A stretch of DNA of 64,000 nt from Dipteris shenzhenensis. Its lineage: Eukaryota. This document shows, piece by piece, positions 11,731-25,797 of this stretch; position 1 is the stretch's first letter, and each line of letters starts with the position of its first letter. The notes beneath the pieces were generated by a model, which was not told where the DNA came from, did not search any database, and worked only from the letters and a program-made list of their open reading frames with translations. The position numbers and the translations under genes are program-made. The stretch lies in NCBI GenBank assembly GCA_047967505.1, contig CM106538.1; one strand, written 5' to 3'.

Positions 11731-14700
11731 CTAGAGTAGGAAGATTTAGATGACCTTAGCCAAATGTTTGGCAAAAAAAAAATCATCTCCATCAAATTTT
11801 TATGAGCATCCATCTTCTAAGAAGAAAATGCACAAAGTACAACCTTCACCAAGCTATCAACTTCTCCATCAATCAAGGAAATTTGCATCAATAAGGAATA
11901 CAGACCCTTCCTTTTGTAACGCAAGAACAGTAAAAGCTATTGGCAAGTCGTTTCTTAGAAAAAAGGCAATGGACAAGAAAGATAGGCCTTCAACAATAGC
12001 CTTCAATGACTTTTGGCAAAGCAAGAGTAATGGGGGATGTGCATAACTGGTGACATGATCATTAGATAGAGGTGAACAACAAACAACAAGGGGGGATGTG
12101 GATAACTGGTGACATAATCCTTTTGAGAACACCGATATGTATATATTTTCTTGACATGACCATTATATAAACACTTCTTCTGAGAAGAACAATGATCTAT
12201 TATTTTTGCTTGGTAGACCTAGACCTTCATAAGCAGGCCTTCTATAACTAGTCCTTCAAAAATTAAGAGACTTTAGATAACCACCAAAAGAAACTCCTAG
12301 AAACAACTGACGTAAGATGTTGCTGATAACATGCTTCTAAAGGGAATCCTAGTATAATGTTGCTAGAGACACAGACATGAAATGAATCCTCTTGGTAATA
12401 GATGAGACAACATAAAATATCCTAGCAATTGGAAAGCGTAGCACTATTAGCTCTATTTCTACTTGATTTGCTTATTTGTTGACATTTTCACTAGCTTTGC
12501 TTTTGCCGGTTTTGCTACTTTTGCGACTAGTGGTGGCTGCTTATGCTTACTGCAAAGGTTTTTGCTCGGCATCCCTTTAAGCTCATTGACTCTATTGGCT
12601 TGCTTCACTTCTCCACTACTATGCTTTGTTTTTGGCTAGTTTGTTGATGCTCTATTATTGCTTGCTTTCAAAATTCTCTTTTACGGGTCCTTTGTAATCT
12701 TTTCAATTGATCCTTTGTAGTTTCAAGCTTTTGAAATGCTCTTCTACACCTCCTTTGGATTCTTCTCTTTAGTGTAAAAATTCCTCTTGGAAGCACCTCT
12801 CTCAGAACCTTCTTTACTATTGTAGTCTCTTTTAAATACTTTCATTTTTTAAAACACCTTCAAGGCACTCAAAACTTAAAGAGCTTCACTACTAAGGGTA
12901 CACATCTTTAGAAACAACATCCAGTGTCACTCATGAAGGAAACTCACAAAGGGATACAAGTGGCAAGGCAGAGGAGAAAGGAAAGAGCACCATGGCTATG
13001 ATATCGTGCCAGAAAGTAGAAGAATATCAAAAGAGGGACCCAAGGAAGGAAAGCGCAATACAATTGCACAAATGTGGGAGAGCCAGAGACACCTTGTCCA
13101 ACTGGAGACTGGATTTCATTTACTATCACTCTTCAAATGTGTGCCTCTAAACCTATATGAAAAGAGGATTGACATCCTTATCCCAAACTACACACTCCCT
13201 CATATCATCAGTTGGCCTTCACATGCTTAGCAAAACCAACACACCCATACATGTCTTGCAATACATTACATATTTCAATAATTATACCAAAACAATGTCA
13301 TTGTAGAGATGATTTGCTCACTTAGGCTTTCTCTCCTTTTTTGTGTTGTGTTGATTCCCACATGCTTTTTACATTGGGTTGCATCGCTTCCACTCATCGA
13401 TGGCCAATTTCCAGAATCATGTTGGTCCTTTTAATAGAGAACATATTTGATGTTGTGCAACCAAGCTATGTCATGTTTGTTTCAAAGGAAAATAACATAG
13501 CTAATGTCACCCTCTTTGTACCTAGCTCATCTAAGCTATGTCCCCTTTCACATTGCTAAGGCCATACAACTCTCAGGGGTTGGAAGAGTGGACACTTGAT
13601 GAATCCTCACGTGCAAAGTAAAATTTCTCGTGAGCTTGGCAGTCCCTCAAATGATCTAATGGTGCCGCTTCAAATGCTCTCACTAATTTTGAAACATTGG
13701 TCATGTTCTTTGTTCTAATGGCATAAACCGTTTTCGGCGAGAGAGATTGCTTTCATCAGTCGAACAACATTGTGGCCTTCGCAAGCGCAATAGGATTCTC
13801 TATGTATAATGGAGGGATCCAACATCCTGAATGGGTTAGCTAATGGCAGAATAAAGGGAAGGAGGAGGGGGGAGGAGGCGAGGGAGGAGGTAGAGAGGGG
13901 AAGGAGGGGGTGGCTTGAGCGAAGGAGGGGAGGCAAGAGGGGGTGGAACAGAGGTGGAGGGGAGAGGTATTAGAATGACATTAGAACTAGGTTTGAATAA
14001 CATGCAATACCTCTCTCTAAGAGCATTCAGTGACTGATACTAGAATTTTCTTCAAAAAAATTTGGATCACAATTCAATCCATGCGATACTCAAATTTTCT
14101 TCAAAAAATTAGGAATGTGATCGAGTTGACTTGAAATGAGAAATCTGTGTAGCTTGTTAGATACCGATTTTAGAATTTGGGTGAGCTGGTATGTCCCATA
14201 TGTCCCCCCATAGATTGAAAAATGGGAAATTCCCATTAATTAGTTGTTGGGATGAGAAGAGGGGTGAAAAAGAAGAGGGAAAGGGCATGATTAAACTATC
14301 TATCACAAATACACTCTTTCTTAGTGCACATATAATATTTCCTCTCCATCACACACCCATGTCCGCTCTATTTCCCTTGAGTGTCTCCCTCACATACATA
14401 CACACACTGACACTCAAAGATATGCTTGAAGAGTAGCATGACCCATCTAAGACGGGTTAGAGACCCACTCCAATGGGTCTCAAGGTGGGATATTAATATA
14501 TCTATGACTTTAATAAATAAAATTTTGAGTTGGCTTGGCTCATTCAGTCTTGGTTATGGGACACTATAGGTGATGTATTGATGGTCAATCTTTAATTTTA
14601 AATAGATGTACTTTTCATTTATCACCTAGGCTAAGAGGAGAAGGTGAAGATCCATTATAGAGAGAGAGAGAGAGAGAGGTTTGTTATGCTCGAGCGTAAG

Positions 14701-15361
14701 GGGTGAAATTCTACCCACATCACTAGTTCATCAAGTGTGTCATGGTCAAGTAGCATGACTCATCTCTGACGGCTTAGGGACCTCAAATATGTAAAAGTGC
14801 TTATCACCCATCTCTGATGCTTTAAGGCCCTTAAATAGGTGAAAGTTTCTTATCACCTTTCCTTTTTTCACCCATTGAAGTTATGGCCTAATACCTTGTA
14901 TGCTTAACACTTATCTTCATGAAAGATAATGCAAGTGTAGCCTTGGTATCTATTCATGATGACCTTATGGCTCATCACCACCTCACGTTTGCAATGTGTT
15001 CAATGAAGTGTTTCGAAAAATCTCATTGCCTCTACCATGCTTGCCAATTCATTTCCTACATGGCCTTTAATATGATTTCTGTCAACTTGGCAAATGCATA
15101 TGCCATTTGCAAATTGTACACACCTCGAACAATTGTATCTTTGTCAGCATATTATACTACTTCATCTCTTTCTTAAGCTCTCATGGACTACATTAGGAAC
15201 AACCAAACATCTCAAGAAAATGCACTTGCATTTGATCACATGTACTATCCATATTCTCTAATATTACAAAAAATAGTCTTTTTTCATGAAACATGTGCCT
15301 TGTAATATCTCAACATTTGATTGCACCTTGCATATGCGTGCATACATGTACATGTGTTCAC

Positions 15362-15363
<2 letters not shown>

Positions 15364-15418
<55 letters not shown>
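15364..15418. repeat. (TG)n(GA)n microsatellite
   Basis: Direct reading; similar tracts at 11641-11662, 14659-14678, 22413-22449 and 34338-34383. Confidence 0.9.
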
Positions 15419-15420
<2 letters not shown>

Positions 15421-16149
15421 TGCATATATACACAAATATACATATATACACTGAATATTTGCATATATGTAAGTATAAAGATGTGGCATATAGGTATTCT
15501 TAGTATGTTGGAAAGAATAGTTCCAGAGTTGTCATTCTAACTCGATTCTCATGATGATGCTTTCCACATCTTGAAAGAACATTCTCATTCTTACTCATCT
15601 CTCAACAAATGTTGGTTGTATGTGCATCTTGATTAGTATAGTGGGGATATAGAAGTGTGCCTTCCTTAGAAGAAGAAAAAGATAAAAAGGATTCACTTAA
15701 GCTACTTGAGTAATCACAATTGCTCTAATAAAGAAAATAGCACATTCTTATTATTGTATGTGTGAAATCTTGGCAATAACATTTTCCAAATTCATTCAGT
15801 AAGATTGAAAAAATCCAACATTATAGTTTCCTAAAATGGAAATTATGCAATTGATGACCAGGGATTAGATAAACAAAATAATGTTTTGATATATAGGCTT
15901 AAATTTTAAAAGGTTGCGATGGTCCATAAGGGCGTTCAAGATAACCAAGCACTTCCCAATGCTTAAGGATCAAAATCTACAATACCTTTAAATCAATACA
16001 CCAATGCTCCAAAACCACAACTTGCAATGCCAAAATCATATTATGGTCTAGAGGAATTGATAACAAATCAACATGTGTTATATGAATCAATTAATTAGGG
16101 GTCCAAAATTGGATAAGATAAAGAAAAATCAATGCGTTACAACCAAGTT

Positions 16150-17230
16150 GAGGTTCCGAAAAGCTACAATGTTTTGAAGGAAATGATTGATAAAACCAAA
16201 ATTGTTCCAAGAAGGCAAGGGTATGAAAAAGGGTTTTGAGAACTTTTTCTGTTGAGGACAATGCATATGTGTCTATGTTGTGAGTTCCTTCTCCTAGAAT
16301 TGGGGCACAAAAAAACTTTATTCGTACTTTATGTTATAGATATGCGACAAAAACATTCTCTGAATCATCTTGGTGGAGAGCAGAGAGGTTGAGGTTGTGT
16401 TACAGGTATACGACAAAAAAGTCCTCCAAATCATTGTTGGGTCAAACACCCAAGGAGCCATTCCAACCATTGAGGAATTCATTCTAGATGATGGTATATA
16501 TCCTCATTAGCTACTTGCTGTGATAGGAAACATTGCTTAATACTTATAAACACAAATTTGATGGTGAATTGCACCGGTGGCTTCAATTGCACTATTTTGG
16601 GAAGAAAATCTAACTGCACAAGCATAGGATGTTTGAACTCTCTTACCTTTGGGCTTCAAATCCACAGACTCTTTAAGTTCCAATCCTTCCAAAAAGGAAC
16701 TCGACCATCCATCGTTATTTAATACATCAAGTGTGATAGTGCTTCCATATTTTTTTAAACCAGTTATAGAGCATGTTGATGTAATTTCTTCCACGAAGAC
16801 TATCATACTAACTCTAAGTGTAATGTTGAATGATTGTCTAATGTTGGATGGTTTGTAAAATTTGGACAGACATCTATTACATACCCCACATTAATCTTAA
16901 GCCAAAATAGGATAGGTATCTCTTTGAAAACCAAAAGTTCTAGCTAAGTAGGGCAGGTCAAGATACACGATTATAAGATCTCATAGACTACATTCATGGT
17001 ATCCAAACCATGAATAAAGACCTACCATAGGTTTGGGGACAAGTTCTCATTTCCCTTTCAGAAAACAAATAGTTTATGACCTTTGTTCTATCAATGCAAA
17101 TAGTTTGAAGAATGATAGGCTCTCTTTTGTTAATGTGAATAATTTGAAGAATATGGTCCAAGAATAAAGACCTACAATATGTTTGGGGCCAAGTTCTCAT
17201 TTCCATTTCAAAAAAAAAAAGCATTTTGAT
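16150..17230. repeat. Copy 1 of a ~1.1 kb diverged direct duplication
   Basis: Collinear matches to ~17950-19070, e.g. AAAGCTACAATG, CCAATCCTTCCAAAAAGGAACT, GGTATCTCTTTGAAAACCAAAAGTT. Confidence 0.9.
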
Positions 17231-17895
17231 TAGAAGATGTTGCATGCTAAGATGAGGCAAAAAGGAATTCAAAAGGAGAGAAAGTTCTATGGATACTTCT
17301 CGAAGCTTGACTGCACATTTGTAATCTACTATCACATTTTATTGATTGCAAGCCAGCTTGAAACTTTAGTATATGTAGAAGAGTAAGAGCAAAGTAGATC
17401 GCTTGTCATAGACATGTCTTCCTCCAAATTATGTCCCAACTCTCATCCTTGCCCTGATTTGTGGTTTTTATGATCTTAATTTTGATCTAGTAAAGGGAGA
17501 TGATGATGACTATCCATGTTGGTTCCTATTGGTGAACACTCAAATAGGTTTCATGAATAAAGAAGCTTTATTATAGGATAAATAAGGTGAATCTTGGAGC
17601 TCGATCTTGTGGTCCATAGCCTTCTACCACATTCTGGCCATAACTCGAAATTTGATGGATGCCAATCCCTATACATAGCTTTGACTCGAACGTAGTTCTA
17701 GATAACTCTAAAATCCATACTTTGAGGAGCTTCCCCAAAGCTACAATCAACACCATAGGTAGCCATTGTATCATTCCTATAATATGCACCTCCTAGGCAA
17801 GCACACCTTGTAAGTCATTCCTCACTTTCTTGTAAGGTAGTTCCAACCGAATAGGAGAAAACCTACCATCCGCCGACTTCCATCCTGACCAGAAT

Positions 17896-19227
17896 CGTGA
17901 CTTGGTGGTGCATCACTCCATCTTGAAACTCTAAGGTTAGAAGGTCACTGAGATTGCAAAAAGCTACAATGGTTTGAAGAAAATGATTAATAAAATCAAA
18001 ATGGTTCCAAGAAGGTAAGGGTAAGAAAAAGAGTTTTAAGAAGCGACAATTTTTACTATTGAGGACAATGTGTATGTGTCTATGTTGTGAATTACTTCTC
18101 CATTCACATGGAATTGGGGCACAAAAGAGCTTTATTCATAATTTTTGTTACATATATGCGATCGTAGAAACATCCTCCGAATCATCTTGGTGGAGACCAG
18201 GGACGTCAAGGTTGAGGGCCAAACCTTGTTGGGTGTGGCAAACACCCTAGGAGATGCCATTCCAACCTTCGAGGCATTCATTGTAGACAATCTTATATAT
18301 CCTCATTGGCTGCTTGCTACAGTAGGAAACACTGATTACTACTTATAGACACAAATTTGATGGTACTCTAGTCAATGCTTGAATTGCACAGGTAGTTTTG
18401 AGGGCACTATTTCAAGAAGAAAAGCTTGATTGGCTTGTGCAAGCATAGGACGTTTGAACTCTCTCACATTTGATCTTTAAATCCAGAAACTCTTTAAATT
18501 CCAATCCTTCCAAAAAGGAACTTAAACATCTCCATCTCATGTCCCACCCATCTTATTTAACAAATCGAGTGTGATAGTGCTTCCCTAACTGCTTTAATCG
18601 GTTATAGAGCATGTTGATTTAATTTCTTCCACCTTTTTTACTAACTCCAAGTGTAATGCTGAATGATTGTCGAATGTTGGATGGTTTATAAAATTTGGAC
18701 TGACATTTTTTTATACCGCACATTAATCTTAAGCCAAGGTTGGGTAGGTATCTCTTTGAAAACCAAAAGTTTTGGCTAAGTAGGGTAGGTCACCACATTC
18801 ATAGGTTACGACCTTTGTTCTATGCATCATCTATTTCCAAATCTTGATTATGAAACATTAGAACAAAAGTAGGGAAGAGACAAATATTGGTGAAGAACGA
18901 CGGGCCGTCTCATGTCAATGCAAATATTTGAAGAATGATAGTATGTCTTTTGTCAATGCGGATAGTTTGAAGAACGTTGTCCAAGAATGAAGACCTACCA
19001 TAGGATTGGGGTCCGGTTCTAATTTCCATTTCAAACAATTGAAGCACTTTGATTAGAAAATGTTGCATGATAACGTGTTGCACTTCATCTCCCCAACATG
19101 GACTTCTCTATAGCTCCAAATGCTAAGGGTTCTTGGACATGAGGGCAATAGGCTTATGAGCCCTTGACATCTCAGTGACCTTCTAGCCTTAGAGTTTCAA
19201 GATGAAGTGATGCATCGCCAAGTCACG
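17896..19227. repeat. Copy 2 of the duplication, bracketed by 59-bp inverted repeats (17896-17954, 19169-19227)
   Basis: CGTGACTTGGTGGTGCATCACTCCATCTTGAAACTCTAAGGTTAGAAGGTCACTGAGAT matches the reverse complement of 19169-19227 with a few transitions. Confidence 0.85.
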
Positions 19228-22200
19228 GGCAATTTAAATGTCCAAATGGAGTTGCACTTCTCACTACATCAATGGCGTTAGTTTTAGAACACCTCTTGTG
19301 TGATACTTGGCTGCATATTTGGGATTCAATGGGTCATGCCTTCATTTGCTTCCTCGTTTTTCAATCATGCCCTTTATCCTTTTGACCCTATCTCTCTAAT
19401 GGAATCTTGTTGAAGCAAATGTTGTTGCCTCCTTTGGCCCAAATAATACAACAATCAATTTTGATATGGGTTGTTATTTCCGTAACAATCAAAATCCTTG
19501 TTCTCTTTTACACTCTAGTAGGCTCACATACATTATCTCCTCCCCTAGTCAAGGTAAAAACTCATAGATAGCAACAAGGTGCTCATACATTTGAACTTTA
19601 TTTGAGGAGCAGTTTGTCATCTGTTTTCTTTCACCATGCTACACCAACTCCATGATTAGAGGGCATGGAGGTCCAAGAAACAATGAGTTTCAACATGGTT
19701 CATGAAACTTCCATTGTTAAATAGCCCCCGGGTATAGATTGGGTATACATTTCGACTCTCAATTTGTTTCATGTTCCACGTTTTAATGTTTGTCTAGCCA
19801 TGGTGCATCTCCTTGTTGATAAAAGGGGGGTCAGCAAGAAACAATCATGCTACTACAAGCACCTATGGCAAGAAAGCTTTGTTCATTGGCCTCCCTGAGC
19901 CTGTACACCTACCTTGTTCTATATGGTATTCTCCTTCTTATTACTCCTAGCCAAAAGGCCACTTGTGTGCCTTACCTTTTTAAATAAGCCTCGCTTGTAT
20001 GCTCTCAACGTGCATTTGACCTTGCCTCGGAGAATCCCCTCTTACTTCCCTACCATTTTACTCTTATATCATCCCCACACACGTCCTTCGGCCCCCTTAT
20101 CCATGCCAAGGTGTGAAAGTGAAATCCGTTATATCGCCAAGATCGTTGGCAATGGCTGCTTTGCTGGGATATGCCTGAGTTGTATCTGAAATCCTGCCTG
20201 GGCCTCTTGACGCAGCAGTCCAAGACTTCTCACGTGCAATCTGATCGGGCAGCTCAATCCACGATGTTCACGTGAATTCAGTCCAAGCATGTTCCACCCA
20301 CGTTCTGGCTTCCATAATAAACAGTGTGAACGATGGGAAGCATGAAAATTGGAGTTGACAACTTTGGAAATCACTGCAGGAACAGAGAGGGAAGTACCTG
20401 TAAGCAAGAAAATTCTGTGAGGCAATGCAAAGAGTGGAGGAATGAAATACAAAGCTCTAAGCTCTGAGAGTGGTGCTTGCCATACCAGGGGGGTGCTATA
20501 GTTTGAAGTGTTGCATGGTTGTGAAAGGGTTCTTCCACCTCATAGCTATAGCATGGCCTACTGGCCGATCTTCCTCCTCCAAAATCGCAGCCCAAGCTCC
20601 ATCGCTATGGCGACTCACACCTCAAGAAATCTTTAACTTCTTCTTTGTCTTCCGAGGACCAGGAAGACAGCGATCACATCGACTCCCTCAGAAAACGCAA
20701 GCGTAAGCAATGGCTTCCAAGAAGCTACTCCCAACGCCCCTCATCCTCCACTGTCTTCGCTGTCCTTGCTCTCCTCTTCAAAAAGCCTTCTTTGGCAATG
20801 GTTGCTTCGCTGTCTGCCCCTCACATCCTTCTCACATTCCCATCACGTGGGCTCATTGTCCCATTTCATCTCCTCCCCTTGAAGGCTGAAGCACGCTTTC
20901 CACCATGATCCTCTAAAAGCTCAAGATGCTCCTCGATCTGTTACAAAATTTCCTATTGAGTTGTATACTTATCTTTCCTACTAGAAAAAGATTACCTATT
21001 GCGGCTGCTGGTTGCTAAGCTCTGAAGGAAATATCCTCTCTGAAGCGTGCAATCAACCGATCATTTGAAGGAAAATCCTTCAAAATAATCAGACCAAGGA
21101 TGTCGAATAACCTAGTTTTATCCTTTCACGTTCTCTTCTTCCCCTTTGTCGATCTCGGATGTCTATGGCAACACGCTCAATAGTCCTATAGTTCCCATCT
21201 CTCCATCACCAATGCTTTCGATTATATATGCTTGGGAAATAACTTCTGCTCAAGCCAAATATGAGTAGCCCGCGACCCATTCTTGCTGTCATACCAATTT
21301 GGCGTGAATGCTCTCATGATTTTTGTTCTTCCTGGACTGGCAACGATGCCTGGCAGTGCAGCAACTGTGCCTCCCAAGGTATCAACGGTATCTCATCAAT
21401 CTACCCAAACATTAGCTGCCCGGTACTATTTCTCCTTATCGGTGAATGCCTTGCTTTTGACCTTCTCTTCAATGCACATTTAAGTTCCACATGCTGCTGT
21501 AGGCATTCCATACGTGAGACATTGCATTGGAGAAGGGCTCACTGTCTGCTCCAAGTTCTACCATTCACTCGTGGTGCTGTTGGCACGCTCGTGATCATCT
21601 CAGCATCCAGTCTTTGTAGCGCTGTGGCAGGCAATAGGAGAAGTAGAGAGGAAGAAGCGAATTGTAGCCAACACGCTCATGCTCATCTCAGCATCCATAG
21701 TCTCTGTGTCGTTGTGGCAGGAAATAGGAGAAGTGGAGATGAAGAAGAAAAGTATAGATGCCTTTGCACTTGGTGAGACACTATCAGCCGAGCGGGAGAG
21801 CATATCTAGGACTTAACTGTCCTTCCATATTTGTCGTATGACCTCCTAGCAAATTAAGTGATGTAAAACAAACGCAAGAGGGAGTAGACACGGACCTTGA
21901 GAGAGCAAGAGGGAAGGGAGGCTGAAGAAGAAGACATAGACCAGAAGCAACAACAGAAGAAAGGTCTTACGCGCCATGGCTCCTTTCTTGTTCTCCTCCT
22001 TCATGCCTTTCTCAATAGCCACCAAAAAACCTTCTCCGAGTGCGTATCTGTCTCTGTCCAGCAAGCTGCCCTCGCTTCGTCATCTTCTCCGCTCCTTCTT
22101 GATTGGGTTGCATATGGCATCAACCTCCCGTCCTCCCTTGCGATGGTAAGCACTCAAATTCTCATCTCAAGTGTACTCCCATCGACCATGCCCACGCCCT

Positions 22201-22411
22201 TGAACTGCCTATACATACTCATCACCCCCCCACCACCATCAACCACTACGCCTTTTGCATCTCGCCTCCCCCTCCTCCTACCGCCGTTGTTGCTTCTCTT
22301 GCATGGACGTTGTTCACACATAGCTTCTATGTTTTTTTATGAACATAGATTCGTCTCTAGAGATGGGTTAGGGAGACACTTGTTTCCTACGAGGATTACT
22401 TACATAGCGCC

Positions 22412-22454
<43 letters not shown>

Positions 22455-23120
22455 GGCATCCATGGCCTTCTTTGAAATTTAGCATGCACTTCCATATCCA
22501 CCATAGGAAGGTAGCAGCCAAGAAAAGCATCAAAGGAGCTACCCAAAGAGCTCAAATGGACAACTCAGAAGCAAAGAGCCGGAGGAAAGTCCACCTGCTC
22601 CCATCGCCTGTGTGATAGAAATGTATGCTTTTGCCACTATAGACTTCTCCTCTCAGATACTGATGCTTCTCCCAAATCCTTATTTTCAACCAGCTCGTCG
22701 TGCAACAGCTCCTACTACCAACTATTCGCACTCTCCTTATTAATGATTGCGCATGGGCGAGAGGGGTTGTAATTCTAGGAGGAACTTGAGAGAAGAAGAG
22801 GGGGGCTAATGAAGAGGTAGAGAAGATGGAGAGGAGCTTAGGAACCAAACAAATTCAAAATGCACCGTTGGGCGGGAACTTGCAAGGAAAACAATTGGTG
22901 CCCTTCAAGCTTCTCCTGGTGCATGACACGTGGCAACCTCTAGTGCTTCTTCCTCTACTGCACTACATGTGGTAGCTTTAGCATTTTCTCCATGAGACAA
23001 GTGGCACACTCTTGCCTCCCTCCCTCCTTAATATACACTAAGATAAGAAGGCAATACTAAAGGGGGAGGGGGAAGAGGGACCATTTATAATATTTTAGTT
23101 AACACTAGATATACTCTTCC

Positions 23121-23187
23121 ACTCTGTAGCTTAGTGGTAGGGCTCACATGTCAAGAAGACAACATTCTGGGTTCCAATCCTACCCTC
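23121..23187 (+). other. Degenerate tRNA-derived sequence (SINE head or tRNA pseudogene)
   Basis: A-box-like TAGCTTAGTGG (23127-23137) and B-box-like GGTTCCAATCC (23170-23180) at tRNA-like spacing; stems do not pair well. Confidence 0.5.
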
Positions 23188-23267
23188 TTAAAGAATGTGC
23201 ACTCTTCTTAGACATAGCTTAAAATAAATTAATTAACCCAAATAAAGCAATTAATCCATGGACAAAT

Positions 23268-23691
23268 ATAGGCTAATTAACTTGTATGGCCCAAAACAAA
23301 GAGGAATATAATAAAGTTGAAAGAGTATGTCCCCCCATATATTGATAAATGTCCTAAAACAAATAAGAATATTATAAAGTTGAGAGAGTGTGTCCCCCAT
23401 ACATTGATAAATGTCCTAAAATTACATAGGTGGGAAGAAATCACATTAAATGATTTGGCTCTTGCCTAAAAAAATATTCTACATAGGCTAATTAACTTGT
23501 ATGGCCCAAAACAAAGAGGAATATAATAAAGTTGAGAGAGTATGTCCCCCCATATATTGATAAATGTACTAAAACAAATAGGAATATAATAAAGTTGAGA
23601 GAGTGTGTCCCCCATACATTGATAAATGTCCTAAAATTACATACGTGGGAAGAAATCACATTAAATTATTTGGCTCTTGCCTAAAAAAATA
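23268..23691. repeat. Higher-order tandem repeat upstream of the UGT: 2 x 215 bp, each with two ~59 bp subunits
   Basis: ATAGGCTAATTAACTTGTATGGCCC at 23268 and 23483; subunit ATAAAGTTGAGAGAGTGTGTCCCCCATACATTGATAAATGT occurs four times with variants. Confidence 0.9.
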
Positions 23692-24150
23692 AGAGCATGT
23701 ACTATGGAAGATTGAATTTCTAATTTTTATTGGAGTTGTACATTAAATATTTTTTTAAAAAAATAAATAAATTATACTCACGATGCAACTCACACACACG
23801 GTTGAGGCTATAGGAGTCCTGGCTTCACTATCTAGGGGATGGAGTCCTGCCTCCACTCCCCTTGGGAATTGCCTCCACTCCCCTTGGGAATTGATAAATG
23901 TCCTATAGTTACATATGTGGTAAGAAATTACAAAAAAAATTTTTTGGGCCGTATCATATTAACGGGGTTTTTTTTTCAGGAAGAAATTACATTTAATCAC
24001 TATGGAAGATTGAATTTCGGAATTTTATTGGAGGGGGACATAATGTCTGCTTTCCATTATAATGATATAAGCCGCATGTGCTAAAATGAGATAAGGCCCG
24101 TGCTGGACCATCCATCTGAGAAGTCGGGGGACAGGTGCGCCGAACCAGCT

Positions 24151-24160
24151 GGCACGTGAC
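24151..24160 (+). promoter_or_regulatory. G-box (CACGTG) ~135 bp upstream of the UGT start codon
   Basis: GGCACGTGAC in a GC-rich proximal region; function untested. Confidence 0.35.
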
Positions 24161-24289
24161 TGCTACGCTGGCGACGTATCGTCGATGATCCAGTCAGCGC
24201 CATAGTGGCGGACGCCCCTGTATCATCATCATCCAGAAGTACTGAGTGAGTACTGAGAGAGAGCCAGAAGGAGGAGCCGGAGCTCAGCT

Positions 24290-25797
24290 ATGGCGGGATC
24301 AGCTCCCCCTCACGTAGTTGTTCTGCCCTTTGCTCGGCAGGGCCACATCAACCCCCTCATGCAGCTCGCCCGCTGCCTCGCCTCCCATGGCATCTCCATC
24401 ACCTTCGTCCTCCCGCAGAACACAGTCGACTCCTCCAACACTCAAGCTTCGCTGCACCACCCCATCGCCAACCTTCACATCGTTCGTGTCGCCGTCTCCT
24501 CCTCCTCTAGCTCAAGCTTCCGTGACGCCTTCGACTCCATGCTCACCATGGAGCCTGCGTTTCGTCACCTCCTCCTTTATCGCCTCGACCCTCCCGCCGT
24601 CTCCCTCCTCATCTACGATGCCTTCGTTCTCTGGTCCCCCTCCCTCGCCTCCCAGCTCTCCATCCCCTCCTTCTGCTTTTTCCCCGCCAACGCCACCGCC
24701 TGCTCCCTCTTGCTCCATATCCCCTCCCTCATCTCCCGCGGCATCCTCCCCTTCCCCCGAGGTTTGCTTTCCCTCTCCTTGCACTCGTGTTTGATTTTGT
24801 TGCTGTTCAACCTCGCTGCTCTGCCTAATCTTCTCTTTTGTCCTTTCTCTGCCCAGATGATAAAGGACGCTTACCTTCCACGCACCCCATCCAAGACATC
24901 CCCGGTGTTCCCAGCCTCCTCCCCGCCGATTTCCCCTTCTGCTTGACCTTCGGTGCCTCGCATTTTCGGTACAAATTTCTCGTTAGCGTATGTGAGGGCC
25001 TCCAGAAGGCCTCTGCCATCATAATCAACACTTTTCAAGAACTCGAGGGAGCAGCTTTTGCTGCACTCAGAGGAGAGAAGCCTATCTACGCCGTGGGTCC
25101 TTTGTTTCTCCTGTCTGGCTCTCCTACACGACTGGATGTGAGCTACTGGCCTGAGCAAGACGAGTGCCTTACTTGGCTCAGCACGCGAGAAGCTTCGTCC
25201 GTTTTGTATATTTCTTTTGGCAGCGTCGCCTCGCTTCCTGGATCGCATCTCAAAGAGCTGGCATTGGGTCTCGAAGCCAGTAAGCAACCATTCCTGTGGG
25301 TTATTCGTCCCGATTCAGTTGAAGCTTCTTTCACTGATGCCCTTCCGGACGGGTTCTTACGTCGCACGAAGGACAGAGGCCTCATCCTATCCTGGGCACC
25401 TCAACTTCTCGTTTTGTCCCATCCCTCGGTCGGTGGCTTTCTAACCCATGGAGGATGGAACTCGATAATCGAAAATATATCTACAAGAGGAGTTCCGATG
25501 ATTTGTTGGCCCGATGTTGCTGAACAAAGGATGAATCGGAGGCTCCTGGTGGACCATTGGAAAATAGGCATGGAGTTTCAGCATAAGGAGGATGGCTTCG
25601 TGGAGAAGGAAGAGGTGGAAAAGGTGGTGAGGTTTCTCATGGAGGGAGAGCAAGGCAAAGAGATGAGAAAGGTGTCGAAAATGCTGAGTGAAATCTCAAA
25701 GAAAGCAACTACGGATGGCGGCTCATCGCACAACAATTTTCAGAAACTGATTCAAGTGACTTGTTGCATTCAGAACACTAATAACATGTGTGATTGA
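24290..25797 (+). CDS. Family-1 UDP-glycosyltransferase (UGT85/group G-like), exons 24290-24761 and 24857-25797, 470 aa
   Basis: PHVVVLPFARQGHINP (catalytic His), LIYDAF (Asp), 95-bp phase-1 GT-AG intron joins the two ORFs in frame (472+941=1413 nt), SVLYISFGS, PSPG box WAPQLLVLSHPSVGGFLTHGGWNS...AEQ, C-terminal GGSS. Confidence 0.95.

Noticed and set aside
19900-22900. Several 70-190 aa ORFs as host genes
   Set aside because: No recognisable motifs, overlapping frames; possibly an old gag-like remnant on minus but too weak to call.
23121-23187. Functional tRNA gene
   Set aside because: Acceptor and anticodon stems do not pair and the B box is mutated.
24290-25797. UGT as a frameshifted pseudogene or two genes
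   Set aside because: A canonical 95-bp GT-AG intron joins the ORFs in frame.
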